From positions 1 through 63,666 of the forward strand of contig CAMPCJ010000002.1 of NCBI GenBank assembly GCA_946645685.1: a stretch of DNA of 63,666 nt, written 5' to 3'. The stretch's first letter is position 1; each line of letters opens with the position of its first letter. The notes below the pieces were generated by a model. It had not been told where the DNA came from, did not search any database, and worked only from the letters and a program-made list of their open reading frames with translations. Source of the stretch: an uncultured Clostridia bacterium. GTDB lineage: Bacteria > Bacillota > Clostridia > Oscillospirales > SIG627. Both the position numbers and the translations under genes were made by a program. Shown in pieces: positions 9,449 to 20,097 of this stretch.

Positions 9449-10593
9449 AAAAGCGAGTTTTGGTTTTGGGATCCACCGGATCCGTCGGCCGTCAGGCGCT
9501 GGAAGTCATTGCGGAAAGAGGCTTTGTACTGACCGGCATATCCGCAGATCATAATATTAAAATCCTGGAAGAGCAGATCCGCGCGTTTCACCCGGCATTT
9601 TGCGCCGTTCGTGATGAAAACGCGGCGAAGCTGTTAAAAATTGCCGTCGGTGATACGAATACCACCGTTCTTGCCGGTGAAAGCGGAATTTTAGAAATGT
9701 GCGCGAACTGCCCGGCTGACATTGCCGAGAATTCCATTCTCGGCTCCGCCGGCATCATGCCGACGCTGTATTTGATCCGCCGCGGCGTTGATATTGCCAT
9801 GGCGAACAAAGAACCGATCGTTGCCGCCGGCGAAATCATTTTGGAAGAAGCGCGTAAAAACAACGTTCACATCCTGCCGGTCGACAGCGAACATTCCGCC
9901 GTTTTTCAATGCTTGTCCGGCTCCTTTAATGATAGGCGGTACGTGAAAGAACTGGTACTTACCGCTTCCGGCGGTCCCTTTTTCGGAAAGGACAGAAGCT
10001 TCCTTTCCGGCGTTACACCGGAAATGGCGATCGCCCACCCGGTATGGCATATGGGCAAAAAAATCAGCGTAGATTCTGCGACTTTGATGAATAAGGGTTT
10101 GGAGCTGATCGAAGCTGTGCGCCTGTTTTCCGTCGCGCCGGACAACGTAAAGATCACCGTTCACCGGCAATCGATCGTGCATTCCATGGTTACCTTTGTG
10201 GACGGATCGACGATGGCACAAATGGGTCATCCGGATATGCGCCATTGCGTTCAGTTTGCGCTGACTTGGCCGGAAAGGACTGAAGGAGTGTGCGCTCCCC
10301 TCGACTTTACCGAAGCGCTGAATTTAACGTTTGAGCCCGTCGATGAAGAAACGTTTTCTTTGATCGGCGTCGCCAGGGACGCCGTTCGCCGCGGCGGCAC
10401 TTATACAACTGTTCTGAATGCAGCCAACGAAGCCGCAGTCTCCTTGTTTCTGGATAAAAAAATCGGTTTTTTGGATATATTTGATCTTGTCACAGACGCA
10501 GTCGAAAAACACAACGGTGAACCGGCAGGATCCGTTGAAGATATTTTATCGATTGATTTTGAAACGAAAAGACATATTTTCAGCCGTTTTTGA
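9445..10593 (+). CDS. dxr: 1-deoxy-D-xylulose 5-phosphate reductoisomerase
   Basis: LGSTGSVGRQAL, MANKEPIV, PVDSEHSAVFQC, HPVWHMGKKISVDSATLMNKGLE. Confidence 0.93.
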   Translation: MKKRVLVLGSTGSVGRQALEVIAERGFVLTGISADHNIKILEEQIRAFHPAFCAVRDENAAKLLKIAVGDTNTTVLAGESGILEMCANCPADIAENSILGSAGIMPTLYLIRRGVDIAMANKEPIVAAGEIILEEARKNNVHILPVDSEHSAVFQCLSGSFNDRRYVKELVLTASGGPFFGKDRSFLSGVTPEMAIAHPVWHMGKKISVDSATLMNKGLELIEAVRLFSVAPDNVKITVHRQSIVHSMVTFVDGSTMAQMGHPDMRHCVQFALTWPERTEGVCAPLDFTEALNLTFEPVDEETFSLIGVARDAVRRGGTYTTVLNAANEAAVSLFLDKKIGFLDIFDLVTDAVEKHNGEPAGSVEDILSIDFETKRHIFSRF

Positions 10594-10656
10594 ATGTACT
10601 TTTTTCGGGATGGCAACAATAGTAGTATGGATTAAGTCGGAAAGGCGAACCCTTTT

Positions 10657-11688
10657 ATGCAAACCGTTATTGGCATTTTAGTCGCTGTTTTGGTGTTCGG
10701 GGTCATGATCTTCATTCATGAGTCTGGTCATTATATTGCCGCGCGTCTCTGTAAGGTGAAGGTACTGGAATTCGCAGTCGGTATGGGACCGAAACTGTTT
10801 TCTCGCACCTCCAAAAAAACAGGGATCGTTTATTCTTTGCGCTTATTCCCCATTGGCGGATTTACCTCCATGGAAGGGGAAGACGGTGAAAACCAGGATC
10901 CGCACGCTCTGGTGAACCGTCCGAAGTGGCAGCGGTTTATCGTCTTGTTTGCCGGATCCTTTGCCAATATTCTGACCGGCGTGATCGCCATGTTCGTTTA
11001 TTTGTCCTTGACGATGAACGTTGGCTCCAACATCGTGGCACAATTTAATGAAAACGCCGTTTCCGAACAATACGGCCTTCAGGTCGGAGACGAGATCGTA
11101 CGAATCAACGGTGAAAAAATGATCTCCTATATGGACGTTATGAATAAGATAACGTTGGACGGGACGGAACCTTTGGATCTGACGGTCGTCCGTGGGGGAG
11201 AAACGATCACGCTGGACGACGTTCAGTTTGCCGTAACGGAAGAGGACGGCATTCCTTATGCACAAGTCGATTTTCTGTTTCTCGGTGTCAAGCCGGGATT
11301 CGGCACCTTGATCAAGCAAACGTTTACTCATTCTGTCGCCACTGTCAAGGTGATCTATAAAACCCTTGTTGATTTGATCCGAGGCAGATACGGCATCAAA
11401 GGCGTCAGCGGGCCGGTGGGAACGGTTTCCGTGATTACGGAATCTACGAAATACGGCTTTTCCTCCGTTTTATTTTTGTTTGTGTTCATTTCTCTGAATC
11501 TCGGTGTGATGAACCTGCTTCCCTTGCCCGCGCTGGACGGAGGCCGCATTCTGTTCCTGCTGATCGAAGCAATCCGCCGCAAACCGATCAAGCCGGAAGC
11601 GGAAGGGTACATTCACCTTGCGGGGATGGTCGTTCTGCTTTTGTTTATGGCGGTCATCACCGTTTTCGACGTGATCAAATTGTTTTGA
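10657..11688 (+). CDS. rseP: RIP metalloprotease RseP/YluC (site-2 protease)
   Basis: HESGHY (HExxH) in the first TM segment, central PDZ-like segment, NLLPLPALDGGR motif. Confidence 0.9.
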   Translation: MQTVIGILVAVLVFGVMIFIHESGHYIAARLCKVKVLEFAVGMGPKLFSRTSKKTGIVYSLRLFPIGGFTSMEGEDGENQDPHALVNRPKWQRFIVLFAGSFANILTGVIAMFVYLSLTMNVGSNIVAQFNENAVSEQYGLQVGDEIVRINGEKMISYMDVMNKITLDGTEPLDLTVVRGGETITLDDVQFAVTEEDGIPYAQVDFLFLGVKPGFGTLIKQTFTHSVATVKVIYKTLVDLIRGRYGIKGVSGPVGTVSVITESTKYGFSSVLFLFVFISLNLGVMNLLPLPALDGGRILFLLIEAIRRKPIKPEAEGYIHLAGMVVLLLFMAVITVFDVIKLF

Positions 11689-11701
11689 GAGGAACTCTTT
11701 T

Positions 11702-12781
11702 ATGCGTAAAATGACGAAAAAAGTCAGGATCGGCGATCGCGCGATCGGAGGCGATTCTCCCATTCTGATCCAGTCTATGACCTGCACGCCGACTTCTGAT
11801 TTTGAGGGGACGCTGGGTCAGATCCTGGAGCTGGAAAAAGCGGGGTGCGACATTGCCCGTGTGACGGTGAACAATATGGACGCCGTTAGAAACGTGTATC
11901 GTCTGAAAGAGAATTCTCATATTCCGCTTGTGGCTGACGTTCATTTTGATTATCGCTTTGCCGTGGAGGCGGCGCACGCGGGCATTGATAAGATCCGCAT
12001 AAATCCCGGCAACATCGGAAACAAGAACAACGTAAAAAAAGTCGTTGACGCCTGCAGGGAAAAGAACATACCCATACGGATCGGCGTCAATTCCGGCTCG
12101 GTTGAGCGCAACATCTTATTTGAGTGCAAAGGACCTACCGCCCAAGCCTTGTATTTGAGCGCCATGGCGGAGGTCCGCATTCTTGAGGAGCTGGATTTTA
12201 ATGACATCGTTATCTCTGTCAAATCCAGCGACGTACATACCATGATCGAAGCCAACCGACTGATCTCTCAAGCCTGCGATTATCCGCTGCATCTCGGCGT
12301 AACGGAAGCGGGTTTGCCGGAAAGCGGGATCGTAAAATCCGCCATTGGGATCGGCTCTTTGCTGACCGACGGGATCGGTGATACCATTCGTGTTTCTTTG
12401 ACGACCAGGGATCTGAAACAGGAAGTTATTGCCGCGAAAAAGATTTTGGCTGCCTGCAATTTGCTGGAGCATCACATTGACGTGATCTCTTGTCCTACCT
12501 GCGGCCGCACCCAGGTGGATCTTGTTTCGCTGGCTTCAAAAGTGGAAGAAGAGATCGAAAAGCGTCAGATCCGCCCGAAACGGAATCTGAAGGTAGCCGT
12601 TATGGGCTGCGTTGTCAACGGGCCCGGAGAAGCCACATGGGCGGACGTTGGTATAGCAGGCGGCACGAAGGACGTGCTTCTTTTTACGCACGAGGGCGCT
12701 TCCTTCAAAAAAATTCCCGAAGAAAACGCAGTCGAACGCTTGATGGAAGAGATCGTTCGTCTGTCTGAGGAAGAATCATGA
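11702..12781 (+). CDS. ispG: 4-hydroxy-3-methylbut-2-enyl-diphosphate synthase (flavodoxin)
   Basis: ILIQSMT, RINPGNIG, SCPTCGR, GCVVNGPGE cluster ligands. Confidence 0.93.
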   Translation: MRKMTKKVRIGDRAIGGDSPILIQSMTCTPTSDFEGTLGQILELEKAGCDIARVTVNNMDAVRNVYRLKENSHIPLVADVHFDYRFAVEAAHAGIDKIRINPGNIGNKNNVKKVVDACREKNIPIRIGVNSGSVERNILFECKGPTAQALYLSAMAEVRILEELDFNDIVISVKSSDVHTMIEANRLISQACDYPLHLGVTEAGLPESGIVKSAIGIGSLLTDGIGDTIRVSLTTRDLKQEVIAAKKILAACNLLEHHIDVISCPTCGRTQVDLVSLASKVEEEIEKRQIRPKRNLKVAVMGCVVNGPGEATWADVGIAGGTKDVLLFTHEGASFKKIPEENAVERLMEEIVRLSEEES

Positions 12782-15700
12782 GCGAGAAAGCAAAACGACC
12801 GTTTCTTGAACTGTTTTCCAAATATCATCCGGATGAAGCCACCCGGCAGATCCTTGACGAGCTGACAGATTACAGTTACGGGATCAACAAAGAAACGCGG
12901 GACATCCGGATCCGGCTGGATTTTGATAAGCTTGTCCCGAAATATCGCCTTTACGCCATAGAAAAAGGGATCAAAGAAGACTATGAATTGAATTCCTGCT
13001 TTATTTTTCCTCATTATCCTTCCAATCTGTTTAGTGAGGGATACAAGGACGAGCTGCTTTTAGAGTTGTCCCGTTCCACCAGCCTTGCCAAAGGCTTTTT
13101 TGACGATTGCAAGATGACGGTTAGCGAGCGGGAAGTTGTCTTTGATATGAAAGACGGATATGCAAAGCTACCCAGCGCAGCCGAATGTGAACGGATCCTG
13201 GAAGAGATCATTTGTAAAGAATTCGATCTGAGACTGAATGTAAAACTGCAAGCCGGAGAATTCGATCTGAGAAACTATACCGAGCAGTATAACTACACCA
13301 TGCTCTTTGAATCCGCTTCTACAAGGGCATCCGACGGGAAGGATGGCGATAAAGCCCCGTTTAGAAATGTTCAGCGGGATGATGGCTCCGTTATCCCCAA
13401 TTCTATCTGCGAAGGCGGCGCGTTTACTTTTGATAGGGAGAAAAAAATAGTTCAAGCGGGTTTTATGACGTTTGATCTGTCAGAACCTGTCCCCGTGTAC
13501 GGAAGAAAATGGAAGGACGCGGATTTTGAACTTCTGCATCCGCTGCAAGATCTGAGCAGTAATTTAGGGAACGTTTGCTTTTGCGGATATGTCATTCCTA
13601 CGGAAAAACCGGACGTTACGCCCATGCGGGGAACGGACGGCGAGAGATTTAAGTTTTACGTTTCGGACGGCGCGTCATCCGTTACGGTCAAGGTGAGCGG
13701 CGCGACGGATAAGATCGCACCGCTGGAGAGCCTTATGCCCAATACCCCCGTCCTGATCCAGGGATCCATGCGCTTTGATGCCTATGAGAATGACTACATC
13801 ATTAAGCCGAATTCCGTTTCTACCGTCAAAACACTCGGGAGAGAAGATAACGCGCCCGAAAAAAGGGTCGAATTGCATCTGCATACCAAAATGAGTACCA
13901 TGGACGGCACCATGGATCCCAACGATGCCGTAAAACAAGCTGCCGCCTGGGGTCATAAAGCTGTCGCGATCACAGACCACGGAAATCTGCAAGGGTTTCC
14001 GGAGGCCATGCTGGAAGCAAAAAAACGCGGTATCAAGGTTATATACGGCATAGAAGGATATTTTGTCGATGATACCTCCCGCGCCATCTACGGAGAAGCG
14101 CACGGATCCTTTCAGGATACGGAATTTGTTATATTTGACATAGAGACCACCGGACTTTCTCCTTTGACTTGTCAGATCACGGAGATCGGCGCCGTCCTGT
14201 ATAAGAACGGGGAAGTGTTGTCTACTTTTTCCACGTTTGTCGATCCCGGAATGCCAATTCCCGGCGAGATCACGGAATTGACTGGCATCACGGATGAAAT
14301 GGTCAAAGGAGCGCCCAAACCGGGACAGGCAGTCAAAGAATTTCTCGCGTTCGCCGGGGATCGGCTCCTGATCGCTCATAACGCCAATTTTGATATGGGC
14401 TTTATCAAAAAAGCGGCGGAAGATAACGGCTTTTCTGTTCCCAACGCGTATTTGGATACCCTTGCGCTTTCCCGTTCCATCAACCCGGAATTAAAAAAAC
14501 ATAAGCTCGATACCCTTCAGGAGTATTTCGGTTTAGAAGATTTCAATCATCATCGCGCCTTTGAGGACGCGGAAATGCTTGGAAAGATCTTTGACGCCAT
14601 GATCGCCAAAATGGGCAAAAGCGGTATTATCGATCTGGACGGTATGATCGCCAGTATGGCATCCTCCAGCGACCCCAGAAAGATCCGCGAAGTGTATCAC
14701 ATCATCATTTTGGTGAAGAACCTCGTCGGCTTGAAGAATCTTTATAAGATCGTTTCCAGGTCATATCTGGATTATTATGCGAGAAGGCCCCGCATCCCGA
14801 AAACCCTGCTTCAGGAGTACAGGGAAGGATTGATCGTCGGATCGGCTTGTTCCGAAGGAGAATTGTATCAAGCCATCCTTGCCGGCAAAAGCTTCGGAGA
14901 TCTCCTGCGGATCACGGAGTTTTATGATTATCTGGAAGTCCAACCGGTGGGAAATAACGGCTATTTGCTTCGCAGCGGTCAAGTGGACAGTGTTGAAAAA
15001 CTACAGGAAATCAATAAGACCATATTGAAGCTTGCCGAAAAGAAAGAGAAACTCGTTGTTGCAACCGGAGACGTCCATTTTCTGAATCCCAACGACCAGA
15101 TCGGTCGTCAGATTTTGCTTGCGGGAATGAAAATGAAGGGCGCCGACGAGGATGTTCCGTTGTACTTCCGTACCACGGACGAAATGCTGTCGGAATTTGC
15201 CTATCTGGGTGAAGATAAAGCGAAAGAGCTTGTCATTACCAACCCCAACAAGATCGCCGATATGATCGAAGAGATCCGACCCATTCCCGAAGGGCAATAT
15301 CCTCCCTCCATTGAAGGCGCCGTGGAAGAACTGAACAAGGCCTGCTACGAAAAAGCTCATCAAATGTACGGCGACCCTTTGCCGGATCCTGTGGAAGATC
15401 GCTTGAAGCGGGAATTGAACGCCATTGAGACCCACGGCTTTTCCGTTTTGTACGTAATTGCCCGAAGACTGGTGCAAAACAGCGAAAGCAAGGGGTATTT
15501 GGTCGGATCCCGCGGATCCGTCGGATCATCCTTTGTAGCGACTATGGGCGGCATTTCCGAAGTAAATCCGCTTGTTCCGCACTATCTGTGTCCGAATCCG
15601 GATTGTAAGCACAGCGAATTCATCACGGACGGATCCGTCGGTTCCGGATTTGATCTGGATCCGAAAGAATGTCCTTTGTGCGGCACGCAGATGAAGACGG

Positions 15701-17175
15701 ACGGTCACGATATCCCGTTTGAAACGTTCCTTGGCTTCTTTGGAGATAAGTCCCCTGATATCGATTTGAACTTTTCCGGGGACGTCCAGGCGGACGCGCA
15801 CGCGTATACGGAAGAATTGTTCGGCGAAGGAAACGTGTTTCGAGCCGGAACGCTGGGGACCCTCGCCGACAAAAACGCTTTCGGGTATGTAAAAAAATAC
15901 TTGGAAGAAAAAAATCTTCACGTGAACACCGCCACGGAAAAGCTTTTGATCTCCAAATGCTCCGGCGTCAAAAAAACCACCGGGCAGCACCCTGGCGGCA
16001 TCATCGTTATTCCCCGTGACAAAGACGTGTATGATTTTACGCCTGTTCAGCACCCGGCGGACGGAGAAGGAACGAAGACCATCACGACGCATTTTGCTTT
16101 CAAGTATCTGCACGATACGGTGTTAAAGCTTGACATTTTAGGTCATGATGTTCCTACAAAGTATAAAATGCTTGAAAAATACACCGGCATCAACGTTCTT
16201 TCCGTTCCCATGAAGGACGATAAGGTGATGAGTCTCTTTGCGTCTCCCTCCGCTTTGAATTGTGATCTAAGTGCGATCGGAGTGGAAACCGGGACTCTTT
16301 GTCTGCCTGAATTCGGAACGAAGTTCGTTCGTCAGATGTTGATGGATACCCGCCCGAAAACCTTTGCCGACCTATTGCAGATATCCGGTCTTTCCCACGG
16401 TACAAACGTTTGGCTCGGGAATGCCCAGGATCTGATCAAAGAGAATATTTGCACCATTTCCGACGTGATCGGGACCCGCGACGATATCATGACGTATTTG
16501 ATCTATCACGGCATGGATAAGAAAATGAGTTTTGATATCATGGAGAAGGTCAGGAAGGGGAAAGGCTTGATCCCGGAGTGGGAAGAAGAAATGAAAAAGC
16601 ATGACGTGCCGGATTGGTACATTTCTTCTTGCAAAAAGATCAAGTATATGTTCCCGAAAGCGCACGCCGCGGCATACGTGATATCCGCCATTCGCCTTGC
16701 CTGGTTCAAGGTGTATCACCCCGTTGAGTTTTATTGCGCTTACTTTTCCGCCGCTCCGGAAGGGATGGATCAAACCTTGATCATGCAGGGAAAAGAGGGC
16801 ATTCTCTCTATCCTTCACAATCTCGAAGGGATCGGCAAATTATCGCAAAAAGAAAAGGCGACCAGCGACGCGATGCAGATCACCTATGAGATCCTGAGTC
16901 GGGGAATAGAGATCCTGCCTGTTAATCTTTTCAAATCCGACGCGAAATTCTTCCTTCCGGAAGACGGAAAGATCCGTTTGCCGTTTATCTCCATTCCGGG
17001 TCTGGGGCTTTCCGCGGCTGAGATCATTGCGCAGACCGTAAAGGATAACAACATTTATTCCATCGAGGAATTCAAGGAAAAGAGCGGGATGGGAAAAGGC
17101 GTGATGGAGACGCTTCGTCAGAACGGCGCGTTTGAAGGGATGCCTGAAACGAATCAGCTTTCACTCTTCGACTGA
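12778..17175 (+). CDS. polC: DNA polymerase III PolC-type
   Basis: 1465 aa. PHP VELHLHTKMSTMDG. Inserted 3'-5' exonuclease FVIFDIETTGL / HNANFDMGF / HRAFEDAEM. Zn-finger CPNPDCKH...CPLCG. ATGA overlap with ispG. Confidence 0.96.
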   Translation: MSEKAKRPFLELFSKYHPDEATRQILDELTDYSYGINKETRDIRIRLDFDKLVPKYRLYAIEKGIKEDYELNSCFIFPHYPSNLFSEGYKDELLLELSRSTSLAKGFFDDCKMTVSEREVVFDMKDGYAKLPSAAECERILEEIICKEFDLRLNVKLQAGEFDLRNYTEQYNYTMLFESASTRASDGKDGDKAPFRNVQRDDGSVIPNSICEGGAFTFDREKKIVQAGFMTFDLSEPVPVYGRKWKDADFELLHPLQDLSSNLGNVCFCGYVIPTEKPDVTPMRGTDGERFKFYVSDGASSVTVKVSGATDKIAPLESLMPNTPVLIQGSMRFDAYENDYIIKPNSVSTVKTLGREDNAPEKRVELHLHTKMSTMDGTMDPNDAVKQAAAWGHKAVAITDHGNLQGFPEAMLEAKKRGIKVIYGIEGYFVDDTSRAIYGEAHGSFQDTEFVIFDIETTGLSPLTCQITEIGAVLYKNGEVLSTFSTFVDPGMPIPGEITELTGITDEMVKGAPKPGQAVKEFLAFAGDRLLIAHNANFDMGFIKKAAEDNGFSVPNAYLDTLALSRSINPELKKHKLDTLQEYFGLEDFNHHRAFEDAEMLGKIFDAMIAKMGKSGIIDLDGMIASMASSSDPRKIREVYHIIILVKNLVGLKNLYKIVSRSYLDYYARRPRIPKTLLQEYREGLIVGSACSEGELYQAILAGKSFGDLLRITEFYDYLEVQPVGNNGYLLRSGQVDSVEKLQEINKTILKLAEKKEKLVVATGDVHFLNPNDQIGRQILLAGMKMKGADEDVPLYFRTTDEMLSEFAYLGEDKAKELVITNPNKIADMIEEIRPIPEGQYPPSIEGAVEELNKACYEKAHQMYGDPLPDPVEDRLKRELNAIETHGFSVLYVIARRLVQNSESKGYLVGSRGSVGSSFVATMGGISEVNPLVPHYLCPNPDCKHSEFITDGSVGSGFDLDPKECPLCGTQMKTDGHDIPFETFLGFFGDKSPDIDLNFSGDVQADAHAYTEELFGEGNVFRAGTLGTLADKNAFGYVKKYLEEKNLHVNTATEKLLISKCSGVKKTTGQHPGGIIVIPRDKDVYDFTPVQHPADGEGTKTITTHFAFKYLHDTVLKLDILGHDVPTKYKMLEKYTGINVLSVPMKDDKVMSLFASPSALNCDLSAIGVETGTLCLPEFGTKFVRQMLMDTRPKTFADLLQISGLSHGTNVWLGNAQDLIKENICTISDVIGTRDDIMTYLIYHGMDKKMSFDIMEKVRKGKGLIPEWEEEMKKHDVPDWYISSCKKIKYMFPKAHAAAYVISAIRLAWFKVYHPVEFYCAYFSAAPEGMDQTLIMQGKEGILSILHNLEGIGKLSQKEKATSDAMQITYEILSRGIEILPVNLFKSDAKFFLPEDGKIRLPFISIPGLGLSAAEIIAQTVKDNNIYSIEEFKEKSGMGKGVMETLRQNGAFEGMPETNQLSLFD

Positions 17176-17205
17176 AGTTTTTTGTGTAAAAAATGTCGTT
17201 TTACC

Positions 17206-17233
17206 TTGCATTCTTGTTTAAATATGATATAAT
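17206..17233 (+). promoter_or_regulatory. Sigma-A type promoter (extended -10) upstream of the phosphofructokinase gene
   Basis: TTGCAT (17206-17211), 16-nt spacer, TGaTATAAT (-10 at 17228-17233). Confidence 0.6.
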
Positions 17234-17274
17234 TTGCAAGGCTTATATTACTTATTACAGAAAGGACGAGTAAC

Positions 17275-18519
17275 ATGAAAGAATTAGTCGGTGCCGCAAT
17301 TATCGGCCAGTCCGGAGGCCCCTCCTCTGTGATCAACGCTTCCGCGTACGGTGCGATCAAAGCAGGGCTTGACAGCAAGTGCATTACCAGAGTGCTCGGC
17401 GCTCTGAATGGTATTCGCGGCGTGCTCGATGACAATCTCATTGACATGGGCAAGGAGGATCCGGAAGAGCTGGCTCTTATGAAGTACACGCCTTCTTCCG
17501 CGCTCGGCTCCTGCCGCCATAAACTGGCGGATCCCGACGTAGATGATACCGAATATAAGCGGATCCTTGAGATCTTTAAAAAGTATGACGTCCGCTATTT
17601 CTTCTATAACGGCGGCAACGACTCCATGGATACCTGCAATAAGATCTCAAAATTCTGCTTGAAGAACGGATATGAGTGCCGCGTCATGGGTATTCCCAAA
17701 ACGATCGATAACGATCTTGCCGGCACAGATCATTGTCCCGGTTTTGCTTCCGCGGCAAAATACATCGCCACCGCCACGATGGAGATCTTCCGCGACGCCA
17801 ACGTATATGATACCGGTATGGTGACGGTTCTTGAAATTATGGGGCGTAACGCCGGTTGGCTTACGGCGGCTGCGTCTCTTGCCAATTTGAAAGGGCAGGG
17901 ACCTGATTTTATTTATCTGCCGGAAGTGGATTTTGATATCGACCGTTTTCTGGATAAAGCGGTGGAAGTTTATAATAAGAAAAAGAAGGTCTTCATCGCC
18001 GTTTCCGAGGGGATCCATGATAAGAACGGCAAGCTGATCTCCGAATACGGCTCTGATACCGCTCAGACCAAGGACAGCTTCGGACACGCACAGCTCGGCG
18101 GCGTCGGCGCATATCTGGCGCAGCTTTTGAAGGCTCGCACGGGCAGTAAGACCCGCGCGGTGGAATTCTCCCTGCTGCAGCGCTGCGCCGCGCATTGCGC
18201 GTCTCAAACGGATATTGAGGAATCCTTCCTTGCCGGTCAGACCGCGTGTATGGAGGCTATCAAGGGCACCACCGATAAGATGGTCGGCTTTGAGAGGATC
18301 ATGGAAAATGGCAAATATACGTGTAAGATCAAGTTGTTCGATCTGAACGTTGTCGCCAACGCCGAAAAGAAAGTTCCCCTGGACTGGATCACACCTTCTA
18401 TGGACAACGTCAACGAAAAGTTTGCCGAGTACGCTTTGCCGCTCATTCAGGGTCAGACGCAAATGAAGACAGAAGACGGCTTGCCCCGCTTCGTGAACCT
18501 GAAGAAGATAAAGGCGTAA
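17275..18519 (+). CDS. pfp: 6-phosphofructokinase, probably diphosphate (PPi)-dependent
   Basis: IGQSGGPSSVINAS, GGNDSM (Asp at the GGDGS Gly position), IPKTIDNDL (Lys where ATP-PFKs have Gly), MGRNAGW. Confidence 0.8.
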   Translation: MKELVGAAIIGQSGGPSSVINASAYGAIKAGLDSKCITRVLGALNGIRGVLDDNLIDMGKEDPEELALMKYTPSSALGSCRHKLADPDVDDTEYKRILEIFKKYDVRYFFYNGGNDSMDTCNKISKFCLKNGYECRVMGIPKTIDNDLAGTDHCPGFASAAKYIATATMEIFRDANVYDTGMVTVLEIMGRNAGWLTAAASLANLKGQGPDFIYLPEVDFDIDRFLDKAVEVYNKKKKVFIAVSEGIHDKNGKLISEYGSDTAQTKDSFGHAQLGGVGAYLAQLLKARTGSKTRAVEFSLLQRCAAHCASQTDIEESFLAGQTACMEAIKGTTDKMVGFERIMENGKYTCKIKLFDLNVVANAEKKVPLDWITPSMDNVNEKFAEYALPLIQGQTQMKTEDGLPRFVNLKKIKA

Positions 18520-20023
18520 CGAGTTTTTTCGCCCACCGAACGTCTTCTTTGGAAATGCACCCGGTCATTCTTAACAATAGCATATAGATCATACACCCGA
18601 TCCCGCAGGCTGCGATCAGCCACGGGATCGGTTTATTTATGCCGTTTAGTATCGGTAACGGCATTTGAAAACTAACAATGGCAAGCATCAGCGGAAGCAG
18701 GATCGAACGAACGGGTTTGATGGCGAACGGTACTTCCGTCGAGAGTTTTCTGAAGCTCAGGATAAAATTGATGATCTCCGCTGCGTATATTGTGACGATA
18801 TAACCGTTTACCGCTGCTTTCGGTACCAGATAATAGACGAGAATGACGCAAAGGATAGAGTCAAGCACGTTGATATGCATCAAAGACAGCTGTTTATCCA
18901 ATCCTTTCAGCATCCCATCCGTCGTCATATCCATATACATGACCGGGACGAGAGGGGAGAGACTCTTGAGAAATGGGGCAGCCTCGTAACTGTGAAATAC
19001 GGCATAACCCAATTGTTCCGCATACATAAATAAAACAACGGCGGTCGCAATTGAAAAAACGGTCGTTACCTGCAAAACGCGATTGATCATATATCGGATC
19101 TCAATTTGATTGTTTTTTGCCTTGCACTCCGCGATTTCCGGAACAAGCAGGGAAGAGATCACCCCCAATATGGCGGATGGATACAGTACGACGGGAAGCG
19201 CCATCCCCTGCACGATCCCGTAAGCGGAAAACGCTTCGGTAGTCGCTACGCCGTTTTTTCGTATTCCCCAGGGAATCAATAAATGCTCAACGGTATTTAA
19301 TCCGGATCGAACGTATGCACCGACAGCATCCGGAATAAAGATCCTGAAAAACCGTTTTAAAAAGCCTTTTTTCCCTTGCTTTGCCATGTGATCGCGACGA
19401 ATATCCCGCAGGTACGTGATAAGACTGAGGGAGAATGAAAAGACCTCACTGATCGTGATACCGATGCCGACAAGGGTCAAAGAGTGCTCCTGTGTTTGAG
19501 CGCCAAGGATCCCGATCAAAGCAACCGTTGCCCCGATCCGGCAAATTTGTTCCGAGAGCTGGATGACGGAATACCGCCCCATTTTCCTGGCAGCCGTCAT
19601 ATATCCGTTCAAGCCTGCTGACAGGGAAACAAAAGGCAGAGAAAACGACAAAGCACGAAGAGAGTTTGCCGCCTCCATCGTGTGGATAAATTTCAGCGAG
19701 ATGAGATTGGATCCAAAGTATAAGACCAAAAAGGAAACCGACCCCGTAACGCATGCACAGATTAAAATTCGGCGCATACTGTGCCGCGCCGCTTGAAAAT
19801 CATCGATGCATAATCTGGTGGCGGCAAGATTCATGCCGGCGTAAGACAGCGTTTTTGCCATGGCATAAACGCTCAGGATCAGTTGAAAGATCCCGATTCC
19901 CGCGGTACCTATGAGGCCGTTCAAATATACGTTGAACCAGACAGCCACCGTTCTCATGATAAGTCCGGTCAAGGTTAACGCAAGCGTTGTATAAAACAAT
20001 TTCTTTGCGCTTCTCATAGGCAC
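18443..20023 (-). CDS. MOP-superfamily polysaccharide/lipid-II flippase, SpoVB-like
   Basis: 526 aa, about 14 TM segments. The N-terminus KKLFYTTLALTLTGLIMRTVAVWFNVYL is typical of SpoVB/MurJ-like proteins. Its 3' end overlaps the 3' end of the PFK gene by 77 nt. Confidence 0.65.
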   Translation of the reverse strand: MPMRSAKKLFYTTLALTLTGLIMRTVAVWFNVYLNGLIGTAGIGIFQLILSVYAMAKTLSYAGMNLAATRLCIDDFQAARHSMRRILICACVTGSVSFLVLYFGSNLISLKFIHTMEAANSLRALSFSLPFVSLSAGLNGYMTAARKMGRYSVIQLSEQICRIGATVALIGILGAQTQEHSLTLVGIGITISEVFSFSLSLITYLRDIRRDHMAKQGKKGFLKRFFRIFIPDAVGAYVRSGLNTVEHLLIPWGIRKNGVATTEAFSAYGIVQGMALPVVLYPSAILGVISSLLVPEIAECKAKNNQIEIRYMINRVLQVTTVFSIATAVVLFMYAEQLGYAVFHSYEAAPFLKSLSPLVPVMYMDMTTDGMLKGLDKQLSLMHINVLDSILCVILVYYLVPKAAVNGYIVTIYAAEIINFILSFRKLSTEVPFAIKPVRSILLPLMLAIVSFQMPLPILNGINKPIPWLIAACGIGCMIYMLLLRMTGCISKEDVRWAKKLVTPLSSSGSRSGASRLLSSFASDPE

Positions 20024-20049
20024 TCCTTTTCATAAATCTTATTCAATAT

Positions 20050-20083
20050 ATGAAAAGAAGCCTCTGCTTATGCAAAGGCTTCT
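20050..20083 (-). terminator. Putative terminator after the NUDIX gene
   Basis: On the minus strand, AGAAGCCT...AGGCTTCT is an 8-bp stem (20056-20083) followed by TTTT. Confidence 0.4.
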
Positions 20084-20097
20084 CGGAACGATCCTGT

